DNA from: Chlamydiota bacterium
GTDB lineage: Bacteria > Auribacterota > Tritonobacteria > UBA1439
DNA: 27,816 nucleotides
Assembly: GCA_037133055.1 (NCBI GenBank)
Contig: JBAXOY010000029.1
Location: 1 to 27,816 of the forward strand
Reading direction: 5' to 3'
Part shown: positions 17,297-26,160 of the stretch, in pieces
Layout: every line of letters begins with the position of its first letter
Position numbering within the stretch: the first letter of the stretch is position 1
Notes under the pieces: generated by a model
What the model was told of the DNA's origin: nothing
What the model saw: the letters and a program-made list of their open reading frames with translations, nothing else
Database searches by the model: none
Translations under genes and position numbers: made by a program

Positions 17297-18691
17297 ATGT
17301 TGAATACCGGATCCGCAATCCACGGCCGATTCCTCCGGTTCGCGATGCTCGCACTGGCCGCTCCCGCCGTCCTCGCGGGAGGGTGCCGGCGCGCCGAGCC
17401 CCCGCCCAACATCGTCCTGATCACCGTCGACGCGCTCCGCCCCGACCACCTCTCCTGCTACGGCTACGGCCGGAAGACCTCCCCGGCGATCGACGCCCTC
17501 GCCGCCCGCGGCACGCTTTTCCGCAACGCCTGCGCCGCCTCCTGCTGGACGCCCCCCTCGCTCGCCTCCCTGATGACGTCGCTCCCGCCCCGCACGCACG
17601 GCGTCGTCCACGGGCAGGTAAGCCCCGGGGAGAAGAAGGTCCTCCATCAGCAGTTCCTCTCCGCGCGGTTCCGGACGCTCGCGGAGACGTTGAAAAGCGC
17701 CGGCTACGCCACGTTCGGAGTCTCGACCACCGGCCACACGGCCGCGGAGACCGGCTTCGGCCGCGGCTTCGACCGGTACGCCGGCCTCTGGTTCGCCGAC
17801 GCCGCCGAGGCGGACCGCTCCGTGGAAGGGTTCCTCGGCGACATGAGGAAATCGCCGCCATATTTCCTCTGGATCCACTACTTCGACCCGCACGACCCGT
17901 ACTTCGCGCGGGAGCCGTGGATCACGGAGTACAACCCGGGATGGAAGCGGTACGCGGCGTGGTCGCAGATGGTCATGCGGGACATGCAGAAGCGCAAGGG
18001 CGAGATCGCCGCGGACCCGGCTCTTCTCGGCGCGCTGAAGGATTTCTACGACAGCGAGATCAACTACGCAGACGCATTCATCGGGAAACTCCTCGAAAAA
18101 CTCCCGGACGGCGGCCGCGCGATGGTCATCCTCTCCGCGGACCACGGCGAGGAGTTCATGGACCACGGGCTCATCGGGCACGGGAACTCCCTGTTCGAGG
18201 AACTGATCCGCGTGCCGCTGATCGCGGTCCTGCCCGGCGCGGGGAAGAGCGTCGGGACCGTGGACGAACCGGTGAGCGCGCTCGACATCCTTCCCACGAT
18301 CTGCGACGCGGCCGGGATCAGGCCGCCCGCCGGGGTCGAGGGGCGCTCCCTGCTCCCCCTGATGCGGGGCGAGCGGCCGGGGGGGGACCGCGCGGTGTAC
18401 GCAGAATTGGACCGGCCGAGGACGTCCGGTCACCGGGAGGCGATGCGGCTCGGGAAGTGGAAATATATCCTCTCGGGATGGGACGGGCCGGAGGAGTTCC
18501 TCTTCAACCTCTCGCGCGACCCCGGGGAGAGGCACGACCTGTTCCCGCGGGAGCGGGAGGTCGCCGCGGGAGCGCGGGAGGCGATGCGCCGGTGGATCGG
18601 GGCGCACCCCGAGTACAAGGCCCCCGCCGCCGCCTCGCCGCTCTCCGGGGAGCGGAAAAAAGCGCTGCGCTCGCTGAACTACCTGAACTGA
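17297..18691 (+). CDS. Sulfatase-like hydrolase (alkaline phosphatase superfamily), probable lipoprotein
   Basis: Lipobox-like VLAGGC; motifs PNIVLITVDALRPDHL, HYFDPHDPY, YDSEINYAD, SADHGEEF, HGNSLFEELIRVPL. The signature reads WTPPSLAS rather than C/S-x-P-x-R. Confidence 0.85.
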   Translation: MLNTGSAIHGRFLRFAMLALAAPAVLAGGCRRAEPPPNIVLITVDALRPDHLSCYGYGRKTSPAIDALAARGTLFRNACAASCWTPPSLASLMTSLPPRTHGVVHGQVSPGEKKVLHQQFLSARFRTLAETLKSAGYATFGVSTTGHTAAETGFGRGFDRYAGLWFADAAEADRSVEGFLGDMRKSPPYFLWIHYFDPHDPYFAREPWITEYNPGWKRYAAWSQMVMRDMQKRKGEIAADPALLGALKDFYDSEINYADAFIGKLLEKLPDGGRAMVILSADHGEEFMDHGLIGHGNSLFEELIRVPLIAVLPGAGKSVGTVDEPVSALDILPTICDAAGIRPPAGVEGRSLLPLMRGERPGGDRAVYAELDRPRTSGHREAMRLGKWKYILSGWDGPEEFLFNLSRDPGERHDLFPREREVAAGAREAMRRWIGAHPEYKAPAAASPLSGERKKALRSLNYLN

Positions 18692-18698
18692 GCTGGGC

Positions 18699-18720
18699 GG
18701 CGGGCTTAAGCCCGCCCTGC
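18699..18720 (-). repeat. REP-like palindrome
   Basis: ggcgggcttaagcccgccctgc, immediately after the sulfatase stop. Confidence 0.6.
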
Positions 18721-18812
18721 CGGGTTCAAACGGTTCAAGCAACTCGGGGCCGTTTTCCCATCTGTGTCCAAAGTTTATCTCTGTGACCTCTGTGGCACCA
18801 TAGAGGTATGTC

Positions 18813-20975
18813 ATGAAGCGCATTCCGTCGTTAAGGTGGATGGCCGCGCTCGCCGCGCTCGCGGCGGCCCTCCCCTACCTGAACACGCTGTCGAACGGCT
18901 TCGTCTGGGATGACCGTCCCCTGATCGTCCAGAACCACCTCATCCGGAACCCGTCCGCTATCCCGCGGCTCTTCACGAGCGATTTCTTCGGGCACGTGGA
19001 CGAGGAGGTGCGGTACGGCTACTACCGCCCCCTCGTCAGCCTCTCCTACATGGCCGACTTCCGCCTGTGGGGAACCAATCCGTTCGGCTACCACCTCACG
19101 AACATCCTGCTCCACGCAATGAACACGCTCCTCGTGTTCCTGCTCGTCCTCCTGCTCTTCCCAAGAAGACGGGGAACCGCGCTCGCCGCGGCGATCCTTT
19201 TCGCCGTCCACCCGGTCCACGCCGAATCGGTCGCGTGGATCGCGGGGAGGACCGACATGATCGCCACGCTCTTCATGCTCGCGGCGCTCCTCGCGCTCGG
19301 GCGGCATGCGCCGGAAACGCGGAGGGTTCCGCTCGCCGTCTCCCTCGCCCTCTTCGCCTGTGCGCTCCTCGCGAAGGAAACCGCGGTCGTCTTCCCCGCC
19401 GTCGCCGCCGCATTCCTCCTCATACTCAGGCCGTCAATGGAGCGCGGCGCGAGGCGGAGATGCATCGGCGCCTTCATCGCCGTCCTCGCGGGATACGGCA
19501 TCCTCCGCTTCGGCGTCGCCGCGGTCCACGCGGGGCCCCGCGGGGCCTTCACCCCGCTCAAGCTCATCCTCTCTTCCTGCGGCACGTTCCTCCTCTACGC
19601 GCGGATGATGGTCTTCCCCTTCCGCTTTTCGGCCTATATCACGAACCCCGTTTCCGTGTCGCCCCTCGACCCGCGCGTGTGCGCCGGGGCGGCGCTCCTC
19701 ATCGCGCTCGTGTTCGCGGCGGTGAGAACGAGGCGGAGCGACCCGCCGCTCGCGTTCGCCCTCGCCTTCGCCCTCATCTCGTTCCTGCCGCTCATGAACC
19801 TGGTCCGGATCAGCTCTCCCGACGACATGGGGTTCCCCGCCGCGGAACGGTTCCTCTACACGCCGTCCGTCGGACTGATCGTCGCCGCCGCCGCGTGGGC
19901 GTGCGCGGCGTTCGCGGGGAGCAGGGCGGCGCTCTCCGCCGCGTGCGTGTTCGCCGCGGCGCTCGGCGGGATCGCCGCCGGGCGCAACGCCGTCTGGCGC
20001 GACGAGGAGACGCTCCTCACCGACGCGCTCGCGTCGAGCCCCGGCGCGCCGCTCCTCTGGAACAACCTCGGGATCCACTACAGCAACGCCGGCAGGCACG
20101 ACGACGCAGTGCGCTGTTTCGGGAAGGCCATCGCCATCGAGGGAGACACCCCGCGCCTCCTCACGAACCTCGCCGCCGCGAAACGCCTCATGGGAAAGCC
20201 GGACGAAGCGGTCGGCCTGTTGAACGAGGCGATCGCGCAGGGCGGCGAGCCGGCGGGGACGCGCTACAACCTCGGCCTGGCGCTGCGGAACTCGGGCGAC
20301 TCCGCGGGGGCCGAGCGCGAGCTCAAGGCCGCGCTCGCGATGAACCCGCAGCACCTCGAGGCGCTCACGGCGCTCGCGGAGCTCCACAAAGCGCGGGGGA
20401 ACTTTCCCCGGGCCGAGGCCTGCTGTCTCAGGGCGCTTGAGATCGACCCGGTCGAAGCTGCGCTCTGGAGCAACCTCGGCGTCGTGTACCGGCTGTGGCC
20501 GGACCGCGACCGGGCAGAGGCCTCTTTCAGGAAGGCCATCGCGCTCGACCCGCGTTTCGCGGCTGCCCGCGCGAACCTCGGCGCGCTCCTCGCGCAGGGG
20601 GGGAAATATGACGATGCGCTGCGGGAGCTCTCGGCCGCGCGGGAACTCGACCCGTCCAATATGGACGCGTCGAACGCGCTCGGAGTGCTCTATGTCCGGC
20701 TCGGCAGGGCCGGCGATGCCGAGCGGCTCTTTTCATCGCTTATCGCGGAGCATCCGGCCGACAAGGAGGCGTACCTCAACCTCGGAGTGATGCGGTACGG
20801 TGAGGGGAACAGGGAGGAGGCGGCGCGTCTTTTCAGGAAGGCGCTCGATCTCGCCCCGGACGACGCAAGGGCGCGGTCGTACGTGAAGCAGCTCCCGCCT
20901 CCTTATGGCCCACGTCCCCCATCGCGGAAGGAGAAGGCTGCCGCGCCCCCGGGAGACAAAAGAAAAACATACTGA
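18813..20975 (+). CDS. TMTC-like GT-C glycosyltransferase with a C-terminal TPR array
   Basis: Motifs NGFVWDD, YYRPLV, GYHLTNILLH, LFAVHPVHAESVAWIAGR, LLAKE, AERFLYTPS, RNAVWRD, followed by multiple TPRs (WNNLG, YNLGLAL, WSNLGVVY, YLNLG). Confidence 0.85.
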   Translation: MKRIPSLRWMAALAALAAALPYLNTLSNGFVWDDRPLIVQNHLIRNPSAIPRLFTSDFFGHVDEEVRYGYYRPLVSLSYMADFRLWGTNPFGYHLTNILLHAMNTLLVFLLVLLLFPRRRGTALAAAILFAVHPVHAESVAWIAGRTDMIATLFMLAALLALGRHAPETRRVPLAVSLALFACALLAKETAVVFPAVAAAFLLILRPSMERGARRRCIGAFIAVLAGYGILRFGVAAVHAGPRGAFTPLKLILSSCGTFLLYARMMVFPFRFSAYITNPVSVSPLDPRVCAGAALLIALVFAAVRTRRSDPPLAFALAFALISFLPLMNLVRISSPDDMGFPAAERFLYTPSVGLIVAAAAWACAAFAGSRAALSAACVFAAALGGIAAGRNAVWRDEETLLTDALASSPGAPLLWNNLGIHYSNAGRHDDAVRCFGKAIAIEGDTPRLLTNLAAAKRLMGKPDEAVGLLNEAIAQGGEPAGTRYNLGLALRNSGDSAGAERELKAALAMNPQHLEALTALAELHKARGNFPRAEACCLRALEIDPVEAALWSNLGVVYRLWPDRDRAEASFRKAIALDPRFAAARANLGALLAQGGKYDDALRELSAARELDPSNMDASNALGVLYVRLGRAGDAERLFSSLIAEHPADKEAYLNLGVMRYGEGNREEAARLFRKALDLAPDDARARSYVKQLPPPYGPRPPSRKEKAAAPPGDKRKTY

Positions 20976-21045
20976 TTATTGATTTTCTATGGACGGCATT
21001 CCCCCTACTCGGGTACAATGCACCCAATCCGGGAGGGAAATCACA

Positions 21046-23184
21046 ATGGTTCGCTACTTCGGCCTTCTCGTCTGTGTTCTTGCCTTGACCGCTTTCGTCC
21101 ACCCCGTCTTCGCCGCGACCGGCGGCGCTGACGCCGCCGCGGTCTTGATCCCGATCGGCTTAAGCTTCAACTTCTACGGCCAAGCCTTCTCCGATGTCAC
21201 GGTGAGCACGAACGGGTTCCTCACCTTCGCCTCCGTCGACGCGGCGCCTTGGCCGATGTTCCACCATGACGCGCGGCGCACGGGCCTGAGCGAGTACGCC
21301 GGGCCCTCAATACCGGCTCTGGCATGGAGTTATCTCACGGCAGGCTATGTGTCCTCCTCGCTTGCGCTTGGGAGTGACGGAAGGCTTTATGTCGGTTCCG
21401 ATTCTGGGGATAACAATATCTACTGCCTGAACTCAGCGGGCGGGCTGGCATGGAGTTATCTTGCGGCGGGCTTTGTGTATTCCTCTCCTGCGATTGGGAG
21501 TGACGGGAGGATGTATGTCGGGTCTTTTGATGAAAATATATACTGCCTGAACTCAGCGGGCGGGCTGGCGTGGAGTTATCGCACGGCGGACTCTGTGTAT
21601 TCCTCTCCTGCGATTGGGAGTGACGGGAGGATGTATGTCGGTACCCGCTGGGAAGATAGCAATATCTACTGCCTGGACTCAGCGGGCGGGCTGGTGTGGA
21701 GTTATCGCACGGCGGACACTGTGTATTCCTCTCCTGCGCTTGGGAGTGACGGGATGATGTATGTCGGCTGTGGTATCAACGATATATACTGCCTGGACTC
21801 AGCGGGCGGGCTGGCGTGGAGTTATCTCGCGGCAGGCTATGTGTCCTCCTCGCCTGCGCTTGGGAGCGACGGGAGCCTTTATGTCGGATCTGATGATAAC
21901 ACTATATACTCCCTGAACTCAGCGGGCGGGCTGGCGTGGAGTTACCTCACGACGGCCGATGTGACTTCCTCTCCTGCGCTCGGGAATGACGGCAGGCTTT
22001 ATGTCGGGTCTTACGCTGGTGATAACACCATATACTCCCTGGACTCAGCGGGCGCGCTGGCGTGGAGTTATCGCGCGGCGGGTTCGGTGAGCTCCTCTCC
22101 TGCGCTCGGGAGTGACGGGATGATGTATGTCGGGTCCATGGACGCCCATATCTACTGCCTGAACTCAGCGGGCGGGCTGGCGTGGAGTTATAGCGCGGAT
22201 GACTGGGTGAATTCCTCTCCTGCAATTGGGAGTGACGGGAGGCTTTATGTCGGGTCCTACGATAAAAATATATACTGCCTTGAGCAGGGGCCGACGCCGA
22301 CTGAAACGCCGACGATAACCCCCACGCCGACGATGTCTCCTACGTCGACACCTAGCGGGACACCGACGGAGACGCCCACCGAGACACCCACGATAACGCC
22401 GACTCCGACGCAGACACCGACGCAGACACCAACTGCAACGCCCACTCAGACGCCGACCCAGACACCAACGATTACCCCGACGCCGACGATGTCTCCTACG
22501 TCGACACCTAGCGGGACTCCGACGGAGACGCCCACGATAACGCCGACCTTCACGCCGACCAACACGCCGACCTTCACGCCGACCAACACGCCGACCCAGA
22601 CACCGACGATGTCTCCTACGTCGACACCTAGCGGGACACCGACTCGGACGCCGACTGCAACGCCCACTCGGACGCCCACCGAGACACCCACGTTAACGCC
22701 GGCTCCGACGCAGACACCGACGATGTCTCCTACGTCGACACCTAGCGGGACGCCGACTGAAACACCCACGATAACGCCTACCGCTCCGGCGCCGACGAGC
22801 ACACCGACGGCGACGCCGGGATCTGTGATACTGCTGAACGGGAACACGTTCCCCAGGGGCGCCATTTTCGAGGCGGCCTTCGTTCTGCGTGAGTCCATCA
22901 GGAGGCCTTTCACCGTCTACGAGGTGATCCTCATGCCGCCCGGGACGATGCCCGACGCGACGATGCTCGACGTCCGTACGCTGAGCACGAGACTTCTGCC
23001 TCTGGGAACGAACATCAACGGCCTGTCGGCGCCGTTTGTGTTCCCGATGAAGATATTGAGGATTCCCGAAGGGGCGTGGGTGGGTAATTACATACTCATG
23101 ATGGGTTTCTTCGACCCGAATAAACCGATCACCGGGCCGAATGACGCCTTCCTGCTTGTGCAGACTCCCTTCAGCATTACATAG
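21046..23184 (+). CDS. Secreted PQQ/BamB-like 8-bladed beta-propeller protein with a Thr/Pro-rich stalk and C-terminal domain
   Basis: GGAGG RBS, signal peptide (..PVFA), [12 protein letters not shown], eight LAWSY...SSPAxGSDGxxYVG...IYCL blades, a long TPT linker and a ~120-aa C-terminal domain. Confidence 0.85.
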   Translation: MVRYFGLLVCVLALTAFVHPVFAATGGADAAAVLIPIGLSFNFYGQAFSDVTVSTNGFLTFASVDAAPWPMFHHDARRTGLSEYAGPSIPALAWSYLTAGYVSSSLALGSDGRLYVGSDSGDNNIYCLNSAGGLAWSYLAAGFVYSSPAIGSDGRMYVGSFDENIYCLNSAGGLAWSYRTADSVYSSPAIGSDGRMYVGTRWEDSNIYCLDSAGGLVWSYRTADTVYSSPALGSDGMMYVGCGINDIYCLDSAGGLAWSYLAAGYVSSSPALGSDGSLYVGSDDNTIYSLNSAGGLAWSYLTTADVTSSPALGNDGRLYVGSYAGDNTIYSLDSAGALAWSYRAAGSVSSSPALGSDGMMYVGSMDAHIYCLNSAGGLAWSYSADDWVNSSPAIGSDGRLYVGSYDKNIYCLEQGPTPTETPTITPTPTMSPTSTPSGTPTETPTETPTITPTPTQTPTQTPTATPTQTPTQTPTITPTPTMSPTSTPSGTPTETPTITPTFTPTNTPTFTPTNTPTQTPTMSPTSTPSGTPTRTPTATPTRTPTETPTLTPAPTQTPTMSPTSTPSGTPTETPTITPTAPAPTSTPTATPGSVILLNGNTFPRGAIFEAAFVLRESIRRPFTVYEVILMPPGTMPDATMLDVRTLSTRLLPLGTNINGLSAPFVFPMKILRIPEGAWVGNYILMMGFFDPNKPITGPNDAFLLVQTPFSIT
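21318..22282 (+). repeat. Eight intragenic ~114-120-bp tandem repeats (propeller blades)
   Basis: Recurring blocks ctcagcgggcgggctggcgtggagttat and tcctctcctgcg.ttgggagtgacggga. Confidence 0.9.
22290..22818 (+). repeat. Thr/Pro low-complexity linker with internal duplications
   Basis: gatgtctcctacgtcgacacctagcgggac (MSPTSTPSG) occurs four times among TPT units. Confidence 0.9.
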
Positions 23185-23207
23185 ATCAGGGCGAGAGCAG
23201 TGAATGC

Positions 23208-23229
23208 GAGGGCCTGAAGTCCGCCCTGC
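23208..23229 (-). repeat. Degenerate REP-like palindrome
   Basis: gagggcctgaagtccgccctgc resembles the copies at 15015 and 18699. Confidence 0.45.
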
Positions 23230-23361
23230 AATGGATCCGGGGGGTCTTGCACGTATCCCCCATTCTACGCCGACACACACCCGCGCCCACACGTCGACTG
23301 CACCCCTCCGCCCTCTGGTTATGTTATCCTTGTTCCGTCCAGCCGCACTACGGAGGATGCC

Positions 23362-23670
23362 ATGCCACACGCGCGCACGGTGTACGTCAACTGCCCGTTC
23401 TGCAAGGGGATGCTCGAGATCAACACCGAGAACGGCAGGGTCGTCCGCAGCTTCGAGCCGAAGGAAATACCGGAGGACGGCGACCTGCTCTCGGAGGGCC
23501 TGAAGGCCGTCAAGGGGGGAGAGGCGACGCGGGATCGGATGTTCCGGGAGGCGCAGGAGAAGGAAAAACACAAGCTCGAGCGGCTCGAGCGCGCCTTCAA
23601 GGAGAAAAAGAAAGAGGTCGTGGAATCGGGCGACATCAGCAGACCCGAGAGCCCGTTCGACATGGAATAA
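23362..23670 (+). CDS. Small hypothetical protein with an N-terminal CxxC and a charged coiled coil
   Basis: GGAGG RBS, VNCPFCKGMLEIN, Glu/Lys-rich helix, host-like codon usage. Confidence 0.75.
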   Translation: MPHARTVYVNCPFCKGMLEINTENGRVVRSFEPKEIPEDGDLLSEGLKAVKGGEATRDRMFREAQEKEKHKLERLERAFKEKKKEVVESGDISRPESPFDME

Positions 23671-23682
23671 CGATGTAAAGAA

Positions 23683-23722
23683 TTATCCACAGCCCCAGGG
23701 CACACTTAAGTGTGCCCTGGGG
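23683..23722. promoter_or_regulatory. Consensus DnaA box next to a perfect 30-bp palindrome
   Basis: TTATCCACA (23683-23691), then ccccagggcacactt|aagtgtgccctgggg (23693-23722). Confidence 0.55.
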
Positions 23723-23738
23723 AAAACCTGGTGATACA

Positions 23739-24737
23739 ATGCCTGAACTGAGAAGAAACCTCGCCACCGGCGAGTGGGTGGTGCTCGCCACGGAGCGCGC
23801 CAAGAGGCCGGAGGATTTCTCCCACAGGAAGGGGGGCGCCCCCTCCGGGCTTCCCGCATACGTCGCGACCTGCCCCTTCTGCCCCGGCAACGAATCCATG
23901 ACGCCGCCGACACTGGCGCAGACGGGCGAGGGCTCCGCATGGCGCGTCAGGGTGGTGCGGAACGCCTTCGGCGCCTTCTCCGGATCCGAGGACCTCGCCC
24001 CGCGCGGCGACGAGTACCACCGGGCGATGGGGGCCGCGGGCCACCACGAGGTCATCATCCAGACCCCCGCCCACAACGTGCCCGAGCCGATGCTCGGGCC
24101 CGCGGAGATGCGCGAGGTGGTCCTCATGTACCGGGAGCGGCACCGCTTCATGGAGGCGGACCCGCGGGTCGAGCTCGTCATCCCGTTCAAAAACCACGGC
24201 CCGGGCGCCGGGACCTCTCTCGAGCACCCGCACGCGCAGATCGCCGGGATCCCGATCGTCCCGACCCACCTCGTCCACCGGACGGAGGAGCCGCTCGCCT
24301 ACTATCGCGAACACCGGACCTGCGCCTTCTGCCGGATGCTCGGGGAGGAGCTTGAGACCGGCGAGCGGATCGTCGCGGAAAACGCCTCGTTCGCGGCGTT
24401 CGTACCGTTCGCCTCCGCGACGCCGTTCGAGACCTGGATCATGCCCCGGGCGCACCGGGCGTCGTTCGGCGGGATCGGGGACGCCGAGGCGGCCGAATTC
24501 GCCGACATGCTCCGCTCCGTCGTCCGCCGCGTATGGAAGGGGCTCGACAACCCGGACTACAACTACATGATCCGTTCCGCACCCCGCGACTGCCGGGACG
24601 CGCCGTTTCTCCACTGGTACACGAAGGTCGTTCCCCGGCTCACGCAGGCGGCCGGGTTCGAGATCGGGACGGGGATGTACATCAACATCGCGAAGCCGGA
24701 GGAGAGCGCGCGCTTCCTCAGAAACATCGTGGATTGA
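23739..24737 (+). CDS. galT: Galactose-1-phosphate uridylyltransferase (GalT family)
   Basis: Motifs MPELRRN...WVVLATERAKRP, CPFCPGNE, GHHEVII, FKNHGPGAGTSLEHPHAQI, AGFEIGTGMYIN. Confidence 0.9.
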   Translation: MPELRRNLATGEWVVLATERAKRPEDFSHRKGGAPSGLPAYVATCPFCPGNESMTPPTLAQTGEGSAWRVRVVRNAFGAFSGSEDLAPRGDEYHRAMGAAGHHEVIIQTPAHNVPEPMLGPAEMREVVLMYRERHRFMEADPRVELVIPFKNHGPGAGTSLEHPHAQIAGIPIVPTHLVHRTEEPLAYYREHRTCAFCRMLGEELETGERIVAENASFAAFVPFASATPFETWIMPRAHRASFGGIGDAEAAEFADMLRSVVRRVWKGLDNPDYNYMIRSAPRDCRDAPFLHWYTKVVPRLTQAAGFEIGTGMYINIAKPEESARFLRNIVD

Positions 24738-24792
24738 TCAAACCTTCCGGAGTGAATGCGGAGCGAACGGGAGACGGCGTGGGACACAGAGT

Positions 24793-26151
24793 ATGGACAA
24801 GGGCTACAAGGCAGGATTCCTTCTCCTGACTGTCGTCTTCGCCGCGATGCTCACGGCGTTCAACCTCGGCACCGCGCGCCTCATCTCCTCAGGCAAAACG
24901 GGAGGGATGATTCACCGCGACAGCATCATCCACGGCGACGGCGCGCGCCTCTACGCGTGGCTCCGCTCGGCCTTTTTCGACGGGAACCTCGACACCGCAA
25001 ACGAGCTCTCGCACTACTTCAATTACCCCGGGAGCCGGGAGCCGGTGGAACTGCGTCGCACCGCCACCGGCCATGCCTGGAACCACACCCCCGTGGGCTG
25101 CGCGGTGCTCTGGGCGCCGTTCTTCGCCCTCGGCCACGCGACCGCGGTGCGGATGCACGCCGCGGTCCCCGGCGTCGCGGCCGACGGCTACTCACCACCG
25201 TACGCCTTCGCCGTCGCCCTCGGGACGCACGCCTACTGCTTCCTCGGGGTTCTCCTCCTCTTCTCGATCTGCGCCCGCTTCTATTCCCCTTTTTCCTCGT
25301 TTCTCGCGGTCATCACCGTCTGGCTCGCCTCGTTCCTGCCCGCCTACCTGTTCCTCTACCCCTCGATGTCCCACGCCCTCTCATTCTTCTCCGTCTGCCT
25401 GTTCCTGTGGCTCTGGCTGGGGACGCGGGAGCGGGGCGGCGCGCTCCGCTGGAGCCTACTCGGGCTCGCCGCGGGCCTCATGGGTCTCGTCCGGACGCAG
25501 AACCTGATCTTCCTGCTGGTCCCGCTCGCGGGCATGGCCGCCGAGTTGCGGCGAGGGGAGGCGGGGCGCGCGGCGGCGGGGGCGGTCCTTATGTCCGCCT
25601 GCGCCGCGCTCGCCTTCTTCCCGCAGGCCTATGCCTGGAAGGTGTCGTGCGGATCGTGGCTCACGATCCCGCAGGGCGGGGAGTTCCTGCACTGGGGGAG
25701 GCCCGCCGTCGCGCGGGTCCTCTTCTCCTCCCGGCACGGACTCTTTTCGTGGTCCCCCGCGCTCATCCTCGGCGCGGTCGGGTTCCCGCTCTTCGCGCGG
25801 AGGGAAAGGCTCCTGGGATGGTCGCTCCTCGCGGTCTTCGCGATCCAGCTCTACCTGAACTCGATCGCGGACGACTGGTGGGCGGGGACGGGGTTCGGGG
25901 CGCGGCGGTTCGACAACTGCCTCCCCCTTTTCGGGCTCGGGCTCGCGGCCCTGTATGACCGGCTGCGCTCCCGGCGCCTCGGCCGGCTCGCCGCGATCCT
26001 GGCGGGGGTGTTCATCGCGTGGAACGGGCTCTTCCTCTGCCAGTACGCGGCGAACTGGGTGAGCCACTCGGAGGCGATCGATATGTCGGGGATGGCCAAA
26101 AACCAGGCGCGGATAGCCATCCATATCGCGCGGAAGCTCGTCCCCCGATGA
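24793..26151 (+). CDS. Polytopic membrane protein, probable GT-C-fold glycosyltransferase
   Basis: Acidic first loop GDGARLYAWLRSAFFDGNLD, many TM helices, LVRTQN, LFSSRHGLFSWSP, WWAGTGFGARRF. Confidence 0.7.
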   Translation: MDKGYKAGFLLLTVVFAAMLTAFNLGTARLISSGKTGGMIHRDSIIHGDGARLYAWLRSAFFDGNLDTANELSHYFNYPGSREPVELRRTATGHAWNHTPVGCAVLWAPFFALGHATAVRMHAAVPGVAADGYSPPYAFAVALGTHAYCFLGVLLLFSICARFYSPFSSFLAVITVWLASFLPAYLFLYPSMSHALSFFSVCLFLWLWLGTRERGGALRWSLLGLAAGLMGLVRTQNLIFLLVPLAGMAAELRRGEAGRAAAGAVLMSACAALAFFPQAYAWKVSCGSWLTIPQGGEFLHWGRPAVARVLFSSRHGLFSWSPALILGAVGFPLFARRERLLGWSLLAVFAIQLYLNSIADDWWAGTGFGARRFDNCLPLFGLGLAALYDRLRSRRLGRLAAILAGVFIAWNGLFLCQYAANWVSHSEAIDMSGMAKNQARIAIHIARKLVPR

Positions 26152-26160
26152 GCCGGACGG

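Noticed and set aside
21318..22282. CRISPR array or DGR variable region
   Set aside because: The repeats are in-frame protein blades. No cas genes, reverse transcriptase or template repeat appear in the window, and the variation includes indels and non-adenine changes.
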